A stretch of DNA of 63,906 nucleotides, counting the filler, from Octopus bimaculoides (Eukaryota): NCBI RefSeq assembly GCF_001194135.2. It is 6 parts of 5 records of this genome, joined end to end, with 100 filler letters (N's around TTAATTAATTAA, not from the genome) between each part and the next. Parts side by side here need not be neighbours in the genome. Positions count along the whole stretch, not along the records: positions 1 to 22,862 come from NC_068984.1; positions 22,963 to 35,922 come from NC_068997.1; 4 more parts are not named here. One strand, given 5' to 3'. Both the position numbers and the translations under genes were made by a program. Shown here piece by piece: positions 12,295 through 24,300 of this stretch (position 1 is its first letter; every line of letters begins with the position of its first letter). Under the pieces are notes generated by a model, which searched no databases, was not told the DNA's origin, and was given only the letters and a program-made list of their open reading frames with translations.

Positions 12295-12392
12295 TTCAGA
12301 GGTAATCTAAACAAGTAGATACGCTGGATAAATGCAGTAACGGATTACCAGGGCTCCAAGCACATAACCGAGACGGAAGTTATGGAACCATT
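12295..12392 (+). repeat. Unclassified dispersed repeat; inverted copy at about 41410-41518
   Basis: ggggcttagttcagaggtaatctaaac...cataaccgagacggaagttatggaaccatt is the reverse complement of 41410-41518 with modest divergence. Confidence 0.8.
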
Positions 12393-12399
12393 AAAGCAC

Positions 12400-13200
12400 C
12401 ATAAAGGCGATGTATATCCGTGAAGATGCCATCGCATTGACATTGCTGTCGCATTCGAACGCGGTCTGCGATACACGTATAGTACATCTAAAGCAACTTG
12501 GCGTGGTAATGTGCACATTATACCGCCCACCCGATACGTCAAACTACGATGGCAAGTTTGAGGAATGTCTTACAAGAATAAAAGAAGTACTCACAAACCT
12601 AGACCAATGTCTTAATGTGCTTCTGATGGGTGACTTCAACTTCCTCAACATTAGATGGCCTGAAAGTGCCATAACCTCAGGACTGACACGAAAAGAATGC
12701 AATCAGGAAGAATCTTTAGTAGATCTCACGAAAATGATGTTTATGGAGCAGACCATACTTTCCCCAACCAGAAATAACATCCTGGATCTCTGCTTCACAA
12801 GCAATATAGACCTTATCTGCAACATAAACATATCACCGTCTACCCGTTCAGACTATAACATGCTAGAGCTGTCAATATATGGTCCAAAGCTAAGTAAAGA
12901 ATCATACAACACTGCTGGATCTCAATCGTTAGCCAGCCTGAACTTTTACAAGGCTGACTGGAAGTCCATCAACAAAGAAATACTCCAGCAAGACTAGCTT
13001 CAAAGTGCGTCCATGCAAGACACTGACATAAAATTCAATGAATTTATGTCTATAATGCAAGCCATATGCATTAAGTTTGTCCGAGAGAAGAAAGCCATCA
13101 CACACAAGAACATTATTCTCCGCGATTGAAGAACCTTAATGAGACGGAGCATAAAGATCTGGAATCGCTTAAATGTAATCCAGTACAAACTTAAGCCTGG
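12400..13200 (+). mobile_element. CR1/L2-type LINE ORF2, AP-endonuclease remnant
   Basis: ORF 12410-12997 has the motifs CTLYRPPD, LMGDFNF, SPTRNNILDLCFTSN and NFYKADW, with stops downstream. Confidence 0.85.
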
Positions 13201-13695
13201 CAACAACGTCAAGCTTGCTTGATGTAGAAGGTAATTTTAAATGGCCTGCAGGACGAAAAATAGGACATATCTAAAAATTGACTTCTCCAAGACGAGCTTA
13301 GTGAAGTCAATGGCCTTTCATCCAATAATGTGTACATGTGCACGTTAGTGTCTTTGGTTAGTAGCATGAAGAAATAAGTAGCTTTCAGCTCTTCAGATTC
13401 GAAGATAGTGGCAACTGGGAAGATGGTCACATACAATCAAGTTAGGCTGGAAGCTATGTTATTTTTGCTCTGGAAACAAACCAAGTTAGATGATACGGTG
13501 AGGTGTGGAGATCCCTGCAGTTACTTTGGTAATCTTCTGCATTCTTACACAAACTCGGTTGTTCTGATCTTATCTTGCCTCTGGGCATATTGTGTGAGCA
13601 TGAGAAAGTGAATTTGATGCGTGCGCATCTTTTTCTCACATTAAACAAAAATCGCCCTTGTGCAAGTCTGGTATCTGTCCATTATCTGTCTGTCT

Positions 13696-13805
<110 letters not shown>

Positions 13806-14221
13806 TCACACTTATGTGTTATATTTACGTTTTCTTGTTGTGCGTTCGCATCGGTATCCCTGTCTGTATTTATGCTTACAGATGAAAACAAATGTGTCTA
13901 GTTCATCCTTAATTGTCAGTATTGTAAACTTAGCGATTCGATAAAAAGATTTTGATAAAATAAATTTCTAAAAGAAATAGTACCGGGTTCGTTTATGATC
14001 GACTGAATCTCTTGGAGGCAGTGCTTGAGTATGGTTGCAGACCAATGATTGATATCGATAAAAGAATAGAATAATAAAAGAATAAAAATGAACAAAAGAA
14101 AATAAGTTTGAATGTAGATGGATATCATTCTTGTCATCGACAAATGACGAACAGTTTTTCTGTTCATGCAGGGTTTTTTACTCATCATTACGAAATGTTG
14201 CTTCATGATAGCTCCCAACAC

Positions 14222-14272
<51 letters not shown>

Positions 14273-14692
14273 TACAGTTGCACATTTATTCTACTTATTC
14301 CGTCAAACAACTCGAGAAAGAAAGAAACAAACACAAACAAACACAAAGAAAATATATTCTCATTTTTAAAGGTGAGTGGAATGCAAAGATTGGATCAGAT
14401 GCTCATGACGCTTAGGAAAGAACAATTGGTAAATATGGCTAGGGAAAAACTACACAACAGGAGAATGAGTAAGATTATTAGAATTTGCAAATCAACATAA
14501 ACTAATTTTCGCAAAAATAATTCATCAGCAGAAACTGACAAGAACAATATCACGACAATGACCGGAGGGATATAGAATAACCAGATTGATTTTGTTTTCA
14601 TTCTCATAAGATATCAATCAACTATGAAATGGGGAGGTTTCCAGGTTCACTTACCGGCTGTGCTCACAAAATTTTAATAATGTTCTATGAGT

Positions 14693-14852
14693 AGGAGTAG
14701 CTGTGTGGTAAGTAGCTTGCTTACAAACCACATGGTTCCGGGTTCAGTCCCACTGCGTGGCATCTTGGGCAAGTGTCTTCTACTATAGCCTCGGGCCGAC
14801 CAAAGCCTTGTGAGTGGATTTGGTAGACGGAAACTGAAAGAAGCCCGTCGTA

Positions 14853-14887
<35 letters not shown>

Positions 14888-15237
14888 NNNNNNNNNNNNN
14901 NNNNNNNNNNNNNNNNNNNNNNNNNNNNNNNNNNNNNNNNNNNNNNNNNNNNNNNNNNNNNNNNNNNNNNNNNNNNNNNNNNNNNNNNNNNNNNNNNNNN
15001 NNNNNNNNNNNNNNNNNNNNNNNNNNNNNNNNNNNNNNNNNNNNNNNNNNNNNNNNNNNNNNNNNNNNNNNNNNNNNNNNNNNNNNNNNNNNNNNNNNNN
15101 NNNNNNNNNNGCGGTTCGGCAAAACAGACCGATAGAATAAGTACTAGGCTTTCAAAGAATAAGTCCTGGGGTCGATTTTCTCGACTAAAGGCGGTGCTCC
15201 AGCATGGCCGCAGTCAAATGACTGAAACAAGTAAAAG
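14693..15237 (+). mobile_element. SINE family B inserted in the RTE endonuclease region
   Basis: aggagtagctgtgtggtaagtagcttgc...ccactgcgtggcatcttgggcaagtgtc...(TA)n/gap...ccagcatggccgcagtcaaatgactgaaacaag. Confidence 0.9.
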
Positions 15238-15249
15238 TGTAAAAGAGAG

Positions 15250-15421
15250 AGTAAGTACAAGGCCTGAAACTTTGGGGGAGGGGGCTAGTCGATTACATTG
15301 ACCCCGGAAGGATAAAAAGCAAAGTCATCCTCGGAGGAATTTGAACTCAGAAAGTAAAGACGGACGGAATACTGTTAGATGTTTTACTCGGTGTGCTAAC
15401 GGTTCTGCCAGTTCGTTGCCT
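15250..15421 (-). mobile_element. SINE family A
   Basis: acaaggcctgaaac...gaatttgaactcagaaagtaaagacgg...gctaacggttctgccagttcgttgcc. Confidence 0.8.
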
Positions 15422-17909
15422 TACAACATCCTTATAATAGCAATAAAAATTAAGAGTCAATCAGTGAAGGAGAACTAAAATGGAGGAATGTAATAGGATC
15501 TTTAAAAATTCAAACAGCCGAACATAAGAGCAAACTATAATAGGGGTCCTTGAAGAAATAGCAACAGCAGAAAGAATTCTTGGTAAAATAATTTTTGGTA
15601 AAAGAAGAACGTTTAGAGTCGTTGGATAAAAAAAGATATTCCAGTCAGTTGTGATGAATGAAGAAACCTGAGACAAAAACAATATAAAATGAAACTTCAG
15701 GAATGGAATATAATTTGGATAGTAGAAAATTAAGAAGAAAAAAAAAAGAGGCGAAAAATGAGAGGAGATAGAAAGAAATCATGGAATAAATATCTTTAAA
15801 TAGCATACAAAAGATCTTAAGTTGCTGAAGATAAATATGATTTATTTACCAAAGCCAATGAACTCTACAATCACGTTACTGAAGATGGATAGTAACGTGC
15901 TAAGATAAGATAGGATATTTATGCTAAAATTCAGAAAGAACTAGTAACCGTTTCTGAAATCATACAAGCAACAATGAAACAAAATAGTAATAAATTACCC
16001 GGAATAGGTAACATTAATGTAGAATTGAAGGTGAATATATCACTGAGTTAAGTTGTGTAATCTGTAATAGTGTTTTATAATAAATGGATAGAATCAATTG
16101 AGAACTACTCCAAAAATCCTGAAACAAAAACAGCACAATTAGTTTAATTGGGCATCCAAGCAAGACTTTGCTGTTTTATTTGCTCTCATGAAGCTAATAA
16201 TAAAAACGAGTACTTAATGAAATCTGGTTTTTAAGAAGGGAGGAAATATTGCTGAGTAGAATTGTAACTTAAATATTCTAGCAGAACGACACTTGGAACA
16301 CCAATCAGACCTTTACCACAATTTCATTGACTTTAAAAAAGTTGTTGACCCTGTCTGGTATGGAGCACTATAGCTTCTAAGGAAAAATATAACAACCATT
16401 GACCAATACTATAAAAGAAAAAGTGATTCATTATATGAACATGTAAACCATCTGGTTTTGATTAGAAAAATTCACCAAGTAACCGGTTTAAAACAACAGA
16501 CAGAAGTGTAAACTTTCATTCACATTTTTCAATGTGATTCTTGACTATATAATGCCAGAAGCCCTCGAGTCATTTGAGAAAAAAAATTAAACTAGGATGT
16601 AATTTTGCCGATGATATTCAATAGGAGAAAATGAAGTATTTAGAAATATAACAATACGTAGCAGAAGATATGGCGCGGAAATAAATACTGGAAAAAATAG
16701 CATATTAATATCTAGTAAATACAAAATGAAGGTAGTCATCCATTGAAATAGTAGAAACGGCGCTGACTCTAGTTGATAAATCTAAATATTTAATAATGAA
16801 TAATGTGAGATTAATAAAAAAGTAAAATGCACGATTAAGGCAGCTACAGTGTCTTAAGAAAACTAAATACTGCGTAGAAATATAACAATAAAGTTCACAA
16901 TAACTATGATAATATCTTAGGCTAGTTGTACTTTATGTTTGCGTGTCGGAGACGTTGCATGCTGGAAAAAGAGTTTGGCCTTTGAAATGAAATGTCATTG
17001 AAAGATGCTCTAAATTCTATTTATAGAACATTGAAATAAAGTGTGTGCTAGGTGAGGAATTAATGGGAATATAGCGGACCATGAAACTTTGTTATTAATT
17101 GCCAAAAATGCGGGAAATAAAGTGGTTTAGTCATATAACACGACGTTGTGACACTCTGCCACGAGCAATATCGTTGTGCATAGACAAACAGCCGGTAAAA
17201 ATGTGTAGGAAGACTACGTAGGAGATAGTTGAGCAGCGTCAAGTAATGAACAGTGATGAAATTGGTGGAAAACTTGAGGATGGCTGATGACCAGGAAAGA
17301 TGAAGGTAGGAAGTTGTGTCTCTTGCAGTTTCCCTAGGATATTTAGCATGATTGATTGATTCCGCCTTCTGACTGTGAATCGGTAACAACCATTGCAAGA
17401 CGGTGGTGATATGGACGCAAATGGACAATTTACATGTGCTTGGCAACAGAAATATTACAGTGCTGTCACGCAATATCGAGTCAAGCATTCCTGTCTCCAT
17501 AAAAATAAACGAACATTCTTCAATTATTGGAGCGTTTAGAATTGACTATCAATAATATAATTATCAACTCAGACTAGTTCTATATTAGCGAACGAATTTA
17601 CAATATTTTTAAAATTTGGTCTTAAAAGTCCAATTATATTTCCTTTTTTTTTTCGTTTATAACAAATTTAATTTCTCCTCGCTCATAGAATCCTTATTAT
17701 TTTGGATATTAGGTATGGATTAAACATCATCAACAACAATAATAATAACAACAACAATAATAATAGCAATAGCTATAACAATAATAAGTAGAACAACAAA
17801 TATACAACGTCTGACTGAAGTAAACCACTGTCCCAAATATAACAATCAATTTTGAGAGTTACGACGACGACGACGACGACGACGATGATGATGATGACGA
17901 TGATGATGA

Positions 17910-18095
17910 TGTTTATCCTTAAATCGCTCCTGATCTAAAACACCAACAATTAAAATGTATTTCAGTCATGATCCTCCCGTCATTTTATCAGAGATTACAT
18001 TGCCAAATGTGTCCCTTTAAAAAAAAAAAAAAAAAAAAAGAATAACATGCAATTGGAAAAAAGATTTGGCTGTTATTTTTTTGTTGATTCGTCGA
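17910..18095 (-). repeat. Dispersed repeat family E; other copies at ~33120-33290 (+), and 51440-51530, 51740-51785, 52515-52600 (-)
   Basis: Shared blocks gaaatagcaaccaaa / aatgtagtcct / gatggtcacagctcgaatgcctttg occur in several degraded copies. Confidence 0.55.
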
Positions 18096-18283
18096 TGAAG
18101 ATGACGTTGCTAATAAGGCTTACACGCCTCTCTTGTCATTAGTAAACAAATGAATGCCACATTTTCTCATTTTTGTCAATTAAAACATAGTGCTTTGTAT
18201 AGTATTTGACAGTCTTAATAATTACGAGTGCTAAAATTTTGTGTTCTAAAAAGAACCGTCTACACTAACATTAGTACACTCAC

Positions 18284-18331
18284 CACTTTCACAGCCATAT
18301 ACTTGCTTCCCACTTAACACATATTCTACTA
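18284..18331 (-). CDS. KCNQ: Candidate 48-nt cassette exon of KCNQ (helix A-B linker)
   Basis: ctttgttcatag|TAGTAG...GAAAGTG|gtgagt; symmetric phase 1-1 and open in the KCNQ frame (VVEYVLSGKQVYGCES). There is no homology evidence. Confidence 0.4.
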
Positions 18332-18481
18332 CTATGAACAAAGATCCGACATTACATTATTTTCTATTCTTGGAACCGTCGCGTTTCACAGATACACATA
18401 CATCACTCCTTCTCCACCTCTTTGTTGAATCACACAAGAAAACAAAAGCAAAACACAAACTTTAGTGTATTACTCACTGAC

Positions 18482-18573
18482 CTTCTGATTCCTTGGTATA
18501 AACGGAAGAAATTGAACTTTCTTTCCTAATTGCTGTGTGTTCCCTCTCCCCCACAGACAAACTCAGCTGACTC
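18482..18573 (-). CDS. KCNQ: Probable KCNQ linker exon (helix A-B linker)
   Basis: atttcag|G AGT CAG ... GAA G|gtcagt; 92 nt; SQLSLSVGEREHTAIRKESSISSVYTKESE. Only one frame is open, and its phase-1 end fits the 10047 acceptor (…[13 protein letters not shown]). Assigned by splice signals and phase, not by conserved sequence. Confidence 0.6.
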
Positions 18574-19905
18574 CTGAAATATTAGACATACAAAAAATTA
18601 TTTATTTGCACACATAACCATATATAAAAATAAATACATATATGTGTTGTGTGTGTATGTGTATGTGTGTGTGTATGTACGTGTGTGTGTGTGTATGTAC
18701 GTGTATGTGTTTGTATGTATATATATGCATGTATTTATATATGTGCATATGTATGTGTACACAGATATACACACAGACATTTCAAGTAAACAGACACGCC
18801 TCATTAGACCGTTTTATCATCTGTGCAGACATTTAATCATCAATATGATACCCAAACGGGTTAAATCATTAAAAATTGCACAATGCATGACTACTAAAGA
18901 CTAGATTAAGTATTATGTGCGTCAAATGACATTATTTTCTTTCTTAAAAACAATGATCGTGAGATGTATATATGTATTTTATATAATAAAACAGAGTTTG
19001 TATATATGTGTGTGTGTGTGTGTGTGCGTGTGCGCGTGCGTATGTTCTTTATGGATTCGAAAACTAAGTCGCTAAGTTTGACGTATGAGGTATCAAAAGA
19101 TTCAGTAATCTTTCGGCCACCAAATAAAGTGTATTTTTGGCACAAAAACTCTTTTTTACTACTAAAATAAGCTCGAAAACGAGGTCGGGTCGCACAATTT
19201 TGCGGTAATTTTCGGGCAGTATTTTGATTTGCTTCTAATGTTTCACTTTCGTATAATTCTACTAAAATAGCACAATTATTTTTACGTACCTTTTCTTCAT
19301 TCCAAAACAAGACAAACTTGGACAATACTTCCGAAATTGAACATCACCTGTGATTATTAAGCCACCAACAGCTATGTAGGGGGGACAGAGTGGAATTATC
19401 TCTCTCTTTCAATTTCTCATAATAATGTATGGAGACACTCCGCTGTCAACATGTTACAACTTCAATAAGTTTGCCCTTCATTTGGCAGGCTATGTCTCCC
19501 ACTCCACTTCACTGCTTTCTACTTTTACTGCCTTTCTATCAACAATACAATTAATTTTTCTTCTAAAGATTGAGTGTCATTATCTTTCTCTTTCAATTTC
19601 TCATTATAATGGATGGAGACATCATGTTATCAACATGTTATAACTTCACTAACTTCCTCGTTATATGACTAAACCTGGATTTCATATAATTTTTTACACA
19701 CTTTGCTATCAATTACATTGATAATTCCAAACATGGTCTGTAAAGACAAATTATTTTTAAACAATATTTGTGTACATTTTCTTACATGTTTCTCGGGTGC
19801 ATCAACCCAACAAATACGCGCACACACTTCTTCATGNNNNNNNNNNNNNNNNNNNNNNNNNNNNNNNNNNNNNNNNNNNNNNNNNNNNNNNNNNNNNNNN
19901 NNNNN

Positions 19906-19938
<33 letters not shown>

Positions 19939-20059
19939 ACTCTAGGTAAAACTTCTGTATGAATTGTTATTTCTTGCTGTGTGCACACGCAAATTTACAG
20001 CTCAAATCCAATTGAAATGATCTTTTTCTATTCTCTAATCCGTGTTTGTGATGAGCGTA

Positions 20060-20690
20060 TTTAAAAACTTGATCTTCGATATAAACTTAAAAGGAAGTTC
20101 TCCCAGAAATCCTGTCCTTTACCTATTGTTCCTAGTATGTCTGAAGTGACATTTGCGTCCCCACCTTTATTATTTTTTCCTAAACACGTTCTCAATATTT
20201 TAGGCGTTCCACTGCACACCCATCTATACCTGTCGCCTTCCGGTTTGACATCTTCCCTTCCAATTGCACCGTAGTTCCATTCCCCAACAACAAGCATTCT
20301 CCTCTCTCCTCCTGAAGCCACTATACTTGCCTCCTTAACATCCTCAACATATAACAGCTCACTAAAATACTCTGCCCATCTCCTTTGTGCATCTTTCACC
20401 CTTTCTTCCCTTCCTCCAACCACCTTTCTTACCTTCTGTACCACTTTCCAAAACATCTCTTCATTTCTTTCAAAATTTTCTCTCAACTTTTTTCCCGAAT
20501 CTTTTACTCGCCTCCCATTTCGCCACTCTCACCACTCTCTTTACTCTCCTCTTCACTTCCCTGTAGTGATCACAAACCTCTCCATCCTTTTTCTGCAACC
20601 GCTCTTGAAAGGTCTTTTTCTTCTCTGCCACCGCATCCCTTACCTGCTCATTCCACCACTCACTACTCCCGAAAAGAGTCATAGGCGCTT
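20060..20690 (-). mobile_element. LINE ORF2 EN-RT linker remnant (RTE-like)
   Basis: SSEWWNEQVRDAVAEKKKTF...; RENFERNEEMFWKVVQKVRK...RRWAEYFSELL, typical non-LTR linker motifs, frameshifted. Confidence 0.8.
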
Positions 20691-20915
20691 GTCCCCACCT
20701 CATATAATTCAATTTTAGTAAAAAGAAAACAAAAGTAACAAAAAAACAAACAAACAAACAAACAAACACAGAAGTAGTGTTGAAGCATTCAGGAAAGGAG
20801 GTTAAAAAAATCTCGTGTAATATTCATTTAGACACTAGTATTTACTTCCAAGCTAGATAACGAGAAGGAAACACAAAATGAAACACACTGAGTTGCTCGA
20901 ACTCATGGTCTATGT

Positions 20916-21087
20916 CAAGCATAGGCAACTTCTTTTTGAGAAGTGAGTCGCATGAAACATCGATCATTATTACGCGGGCCGTACAAGTAAAAAAAAAAAA
21001 AAAATCAAGGGAATTTTTCATTGGGGTGCTATTTAGAAAGGCCGACGGGCCGCATACGGCCATAGAGCCGCAGTTTGTCCATGACTG
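20916..21087. mobile_element. hAT-type MITE
   Basis: TIRs caagcataggcaact / agtttgtccatgactg, subterminal gggccgcatacggcc, and a degenerate 8-bp TSD gtctatgt / gtttacgt. Confidence 0.7.
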
Positions 21088-21419
21088 GTTTACGTGCTTG
21101 TAGTCTAATGTGCATTCACCCAGTTGAATGCTATTTTGCAATATATAGCAACAAAGTGATATGAGTTTCAAAATGTATTTTTGTTTTGTTAAAGACAATT
21201 TTAAAATGACGAGGCTTTCGTTGGAAAGACAGAACTGGGCCATAGATGAAGTCATCCTTGAAAATATTCCAGCACTAGGAGACAACTATACAAATATTTC
21301 AACATCAAAAGCAAAATAAGACCAACCAACTTCCATTGACATAATCAAGAAAGATATGAATGATGTAGAGAGCAAAGAATCTGTATAAAATATGTACACA
21401 TGTGTGCGTATGTGTTTAA

Positions 21420-21455
<36 letters not shown>

Positions 21456-21866
21456 CATACATATAAATAAAAATAAAAATATAAATATAAGTATATACAT
21501 ATATATGTATACACACTTGTGTGTGTGTAATATATAGACGTGCATGTACATACATTTATGTAAAGATAATATATATATATTTCTGTGTGCATGTATATGT
21601 ATATAAGTACATATATATACACACACATACAAAACCCTTCATTACCCACTCTAACGCACGCCCTACTTGATCTATAAAAACCCTGAACATATATATGTAT
21701 GCATATATCTATGAATGTGCAAGATATATGCATACATATATATGTATGCATATATCTTGGACCACACATGCATATGTGTGGTCCAAGTAGTTATGAACTA
21801 ACTGCAAACGGAGAATGCCGCAACATTCCACCAAAATGCACACCCCACACCCTCCCTCACTCTGAC

Positions 21867-21902
<36 letters not shown>

Positions 21903-22374
21903 ATGCATACACAAGAAATATCTGAAGAATCAAGCATAAATTAAACAAAAAAACGAAAAAAAGTAAATACATAAAATTTCGGTTACATCTAAAGAGATGG
22001 AGATGAAGGTTTAACTTCAGCGCCATAAATTAAACTATTGATTCTTACCAATTACCAAAGTTCCACTTTACAACGATTATATATNNNNNNNNNNNNNNNN
22101 NNNNNNNNNNNNNNNNNNNNNNNNNNNNNNNNNNNNNNNNNNNNNNNNNNNNNNNNNNNNNNNNNNNNNNNNNNNNNNNNNNNNNNNNNNNNNNNNNNNN
22201 NNNNNNNNNNNNNNNNNNNNNNNNNNNNNNNNNNNNNNNNNNNNNNNNNNNNNNNNNNNNNNNNNNNNNNNNNNNNNNNNNNNNNNNNNNNNNNNNNNNN
22301 NNNNNNNNNNNNNNNNATATATACTTACATATTCACATATACATATATTTATATATGTACATACAATATGGTAA

Positions 22375-22413
<39 letters not shown>

Positions 22414-22599
22414 ATATATAAGTTCAAAAAAGGAAAAAGACAAAAAAAAACAAGAAAAAAATAACGTAAAGACACATATATACATACAATATGGTAATTA
22501 ATATATATGCAATATATACCAGAGATAAAAATATGTATAAGATATAAATATACAAAAACGACAGACAAAACCTATATTACAGATGAATGTATACACACT

Positions 22600-22656
<57 letters not shown>

Positions 22657-22906
22657 GTGTATATATATATCAAAAATGGGGAAGGCCCATTTTTGGTATA
22701 TACTGATATACTAGTCTACATCTTAGAGTGGGCTTGTTTCAGATTTATGTGTTATACACACACACATATACACACACACATACACACATATATATATACA
22801 TACGCACATATATTATCTGTATATGTATACATACACATATACATCTGTATATGTATATATATNNNNNNNNNNNNNNNNNNNNNNNNNNNNNNNNNNNNNN
22901 NNNNNN

Positions 22907-22918
22907 TTAATTAATTAA
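22907..22918. other. Artificial scaffold linker TTAATTAATTAA (also at 35967, 50167, 58329, 62019)
   Basis: An identical 12-mer with stops in all six frames, each time centred in a 100-nt block of N44 + 12 + N44. Confidence 0.95.
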
Positions 22919-23616
22919 NNNNNNNNNNNNNNNNNNNNNNNNNNNNNNNNNNNNNNNNNNNNTATATATATATATATATGTACGAGTGAGTGGATAAACG
23001 AAAGAAGGACACTCGACCAATTTATAGAGAGTTACATGTATGGATCCAAGCAGTTTGATTCAAATTCTTTGGTACTCATGAAGGGATAAATTTGTTATCG
23101 ATTAATAATAATTATAACCACGCTTTAAAACCCAAGAGTACCTACGAATTTGAATCAAATTGTTTTGATCCATATATGTATATACACCTATACATACATA
23201 CATACATACATACATACATGATATGCATACATATATAATAAATAGTAAATTATATAAATATATATGTATAGATACATACATACATTCGTAACGGCCGAAT
23301 GCAGATATGTGTACAGGACGTCACCAACGGTGCAAACTACGTGAAATACGCAAACAACGAGATAAAAATGGAAAACAATACAAGGAAACACAGAGAAAGG
23401 TCCCTTCATCAGCTGTCAGCTGTCTATCTACTCCTCATTTCGAGCATTCAACGACAATATGAGTCTTCAAAGACAGTTGCTCCCACAAATTCTAAAATAA
23501 AATTTAGTATTTATGGAGGGTCAAGTTGGGACCAAAAACATGACGGTGGAGATATACAAGGAAACCGTGCGTTCAGTTGTTCTTGCACACACCTTCTGAT
23601 ATTGCANNNNNNNNNN

Positions 23617-23785
23617 GTGGTATTTCGTGTGTCTTTACGTTCTGAGTTCAAATTCCGCCGAAGTCGACTTTGCCTTTCATCCTTTCGGGGTCGATAAATT
23701 GAGTACGAGTTGCGTACTGAGGTCGATCTAATCGACTGGCCCCCTCCCTCAAAATTTCGGGCCTTCTGCCTAGAGTAAAAAAGTG
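23617..23785 (+). mobile_element. SINE family A, 5' part lost at a 10-N gap
   Basis: ggtatttcgtgtgtctttacgttctgagttcaaattccgccgaagtcgactttgcctttcatcc. Confidence 0.85.
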
Positions 23786-23968
23786 TCAATCGGGAGCTCC
23801 ATCAGATACGACTGCCAAGCCAAGACTGAGTGTGCCAGCAAGGCGCGCTAGGGCAGGCGCGGGTGCATGCACAACAAACACAACTGTGTTGACAATAGCC
23901 GAACGCACAGTTTCCCTGCGTCCCCAGCGCTTTGGAGACCCTACTTTTGGGATTAACCCCGAATATAT

Positions 23969-24300
23969 ATAAAGTAGTTGTATGTTGTCAATTTCATGTG
24001 ACAGCTCCATGAAGGGAAATAATACTACTGCTATTTAGCCCTAGTTAGAAGGCACCTCTTCCTGTCGGCCTTGACACATTTCCTGCGACTCCAGACTGAT
24101 GACGAGCAAAGACTCAGAAACATGTCTCTGGATGCAGGCTTAGCTAAGTGGAGGTGCTTGTTTCCCCCTTGTAAACATAAGAACACAGGAAATGTGTCAA
24201 GGCCGACAGGAAGCGGTGCTGCTTCCTAGGGCTAAATAGCAGTAGTATTATTCCCTTCATGGGACTGTCACATTAAGTTGACAGCATACAACTACTTTAT
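23969..24300. repeat. Inverted repeat (arms 23969-24085 and 24186-24300) around a 100-nt spacer; probably Penelope-type terminal structure
   Basis: The arms are reverse complements with few mismatches. The spacer contains a hammerhead motif. Confidence 0.9.
24090..24132 (+). ncRNA. Minimal type I hammerhead ribozyme (Penelope-type)
   Basis: Stem I uccaga/ucugga (6 bp), core CUGAUGA, stem II GAG/CUC with loop caaaga, GAAAC, palindromic stem III ACAUGU, and a GUC cleavage triplet (24124-24126). An extra nucleotide flanks each side of stem II. Confidence 0.75.

Larger units (their letters stand above)
13980..17360 (+). mobile_element. Decayed RTE-clade LINE (EN + RT), interrupted by SINEs and microsatellites
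   Basis: EN: KGEWNAKIGSDA and NQIDFVFI (14365-14690). RT: KLPGIGNINVELK (~15990-16030), TISLIGHPSK (~16135), LYHNFIDFKK (~16315), NFADDI (~16603), AFEMKC (~16980), KWFSHITR (~17120). It ends in a (gatt)n tail. The 5' boundary is uncertain. Confidence 0.85.

Noticed and set aside
14395-14607. Hydrophobic minus-strand ORF as a channel transmembrane exon
   Set aside because: It is the antisense of the RTE endonuclease remnant.
23284-23336. 53-nt candidate KCNQ exon (FAPLVTSCTHICIRPLR, phase 0 to 2)
   Set aside because: The splice signals and phase fit, but there is no KCNQ similarity, it appears to lie in a dispersed repeat, and it is beyond an artificial join.
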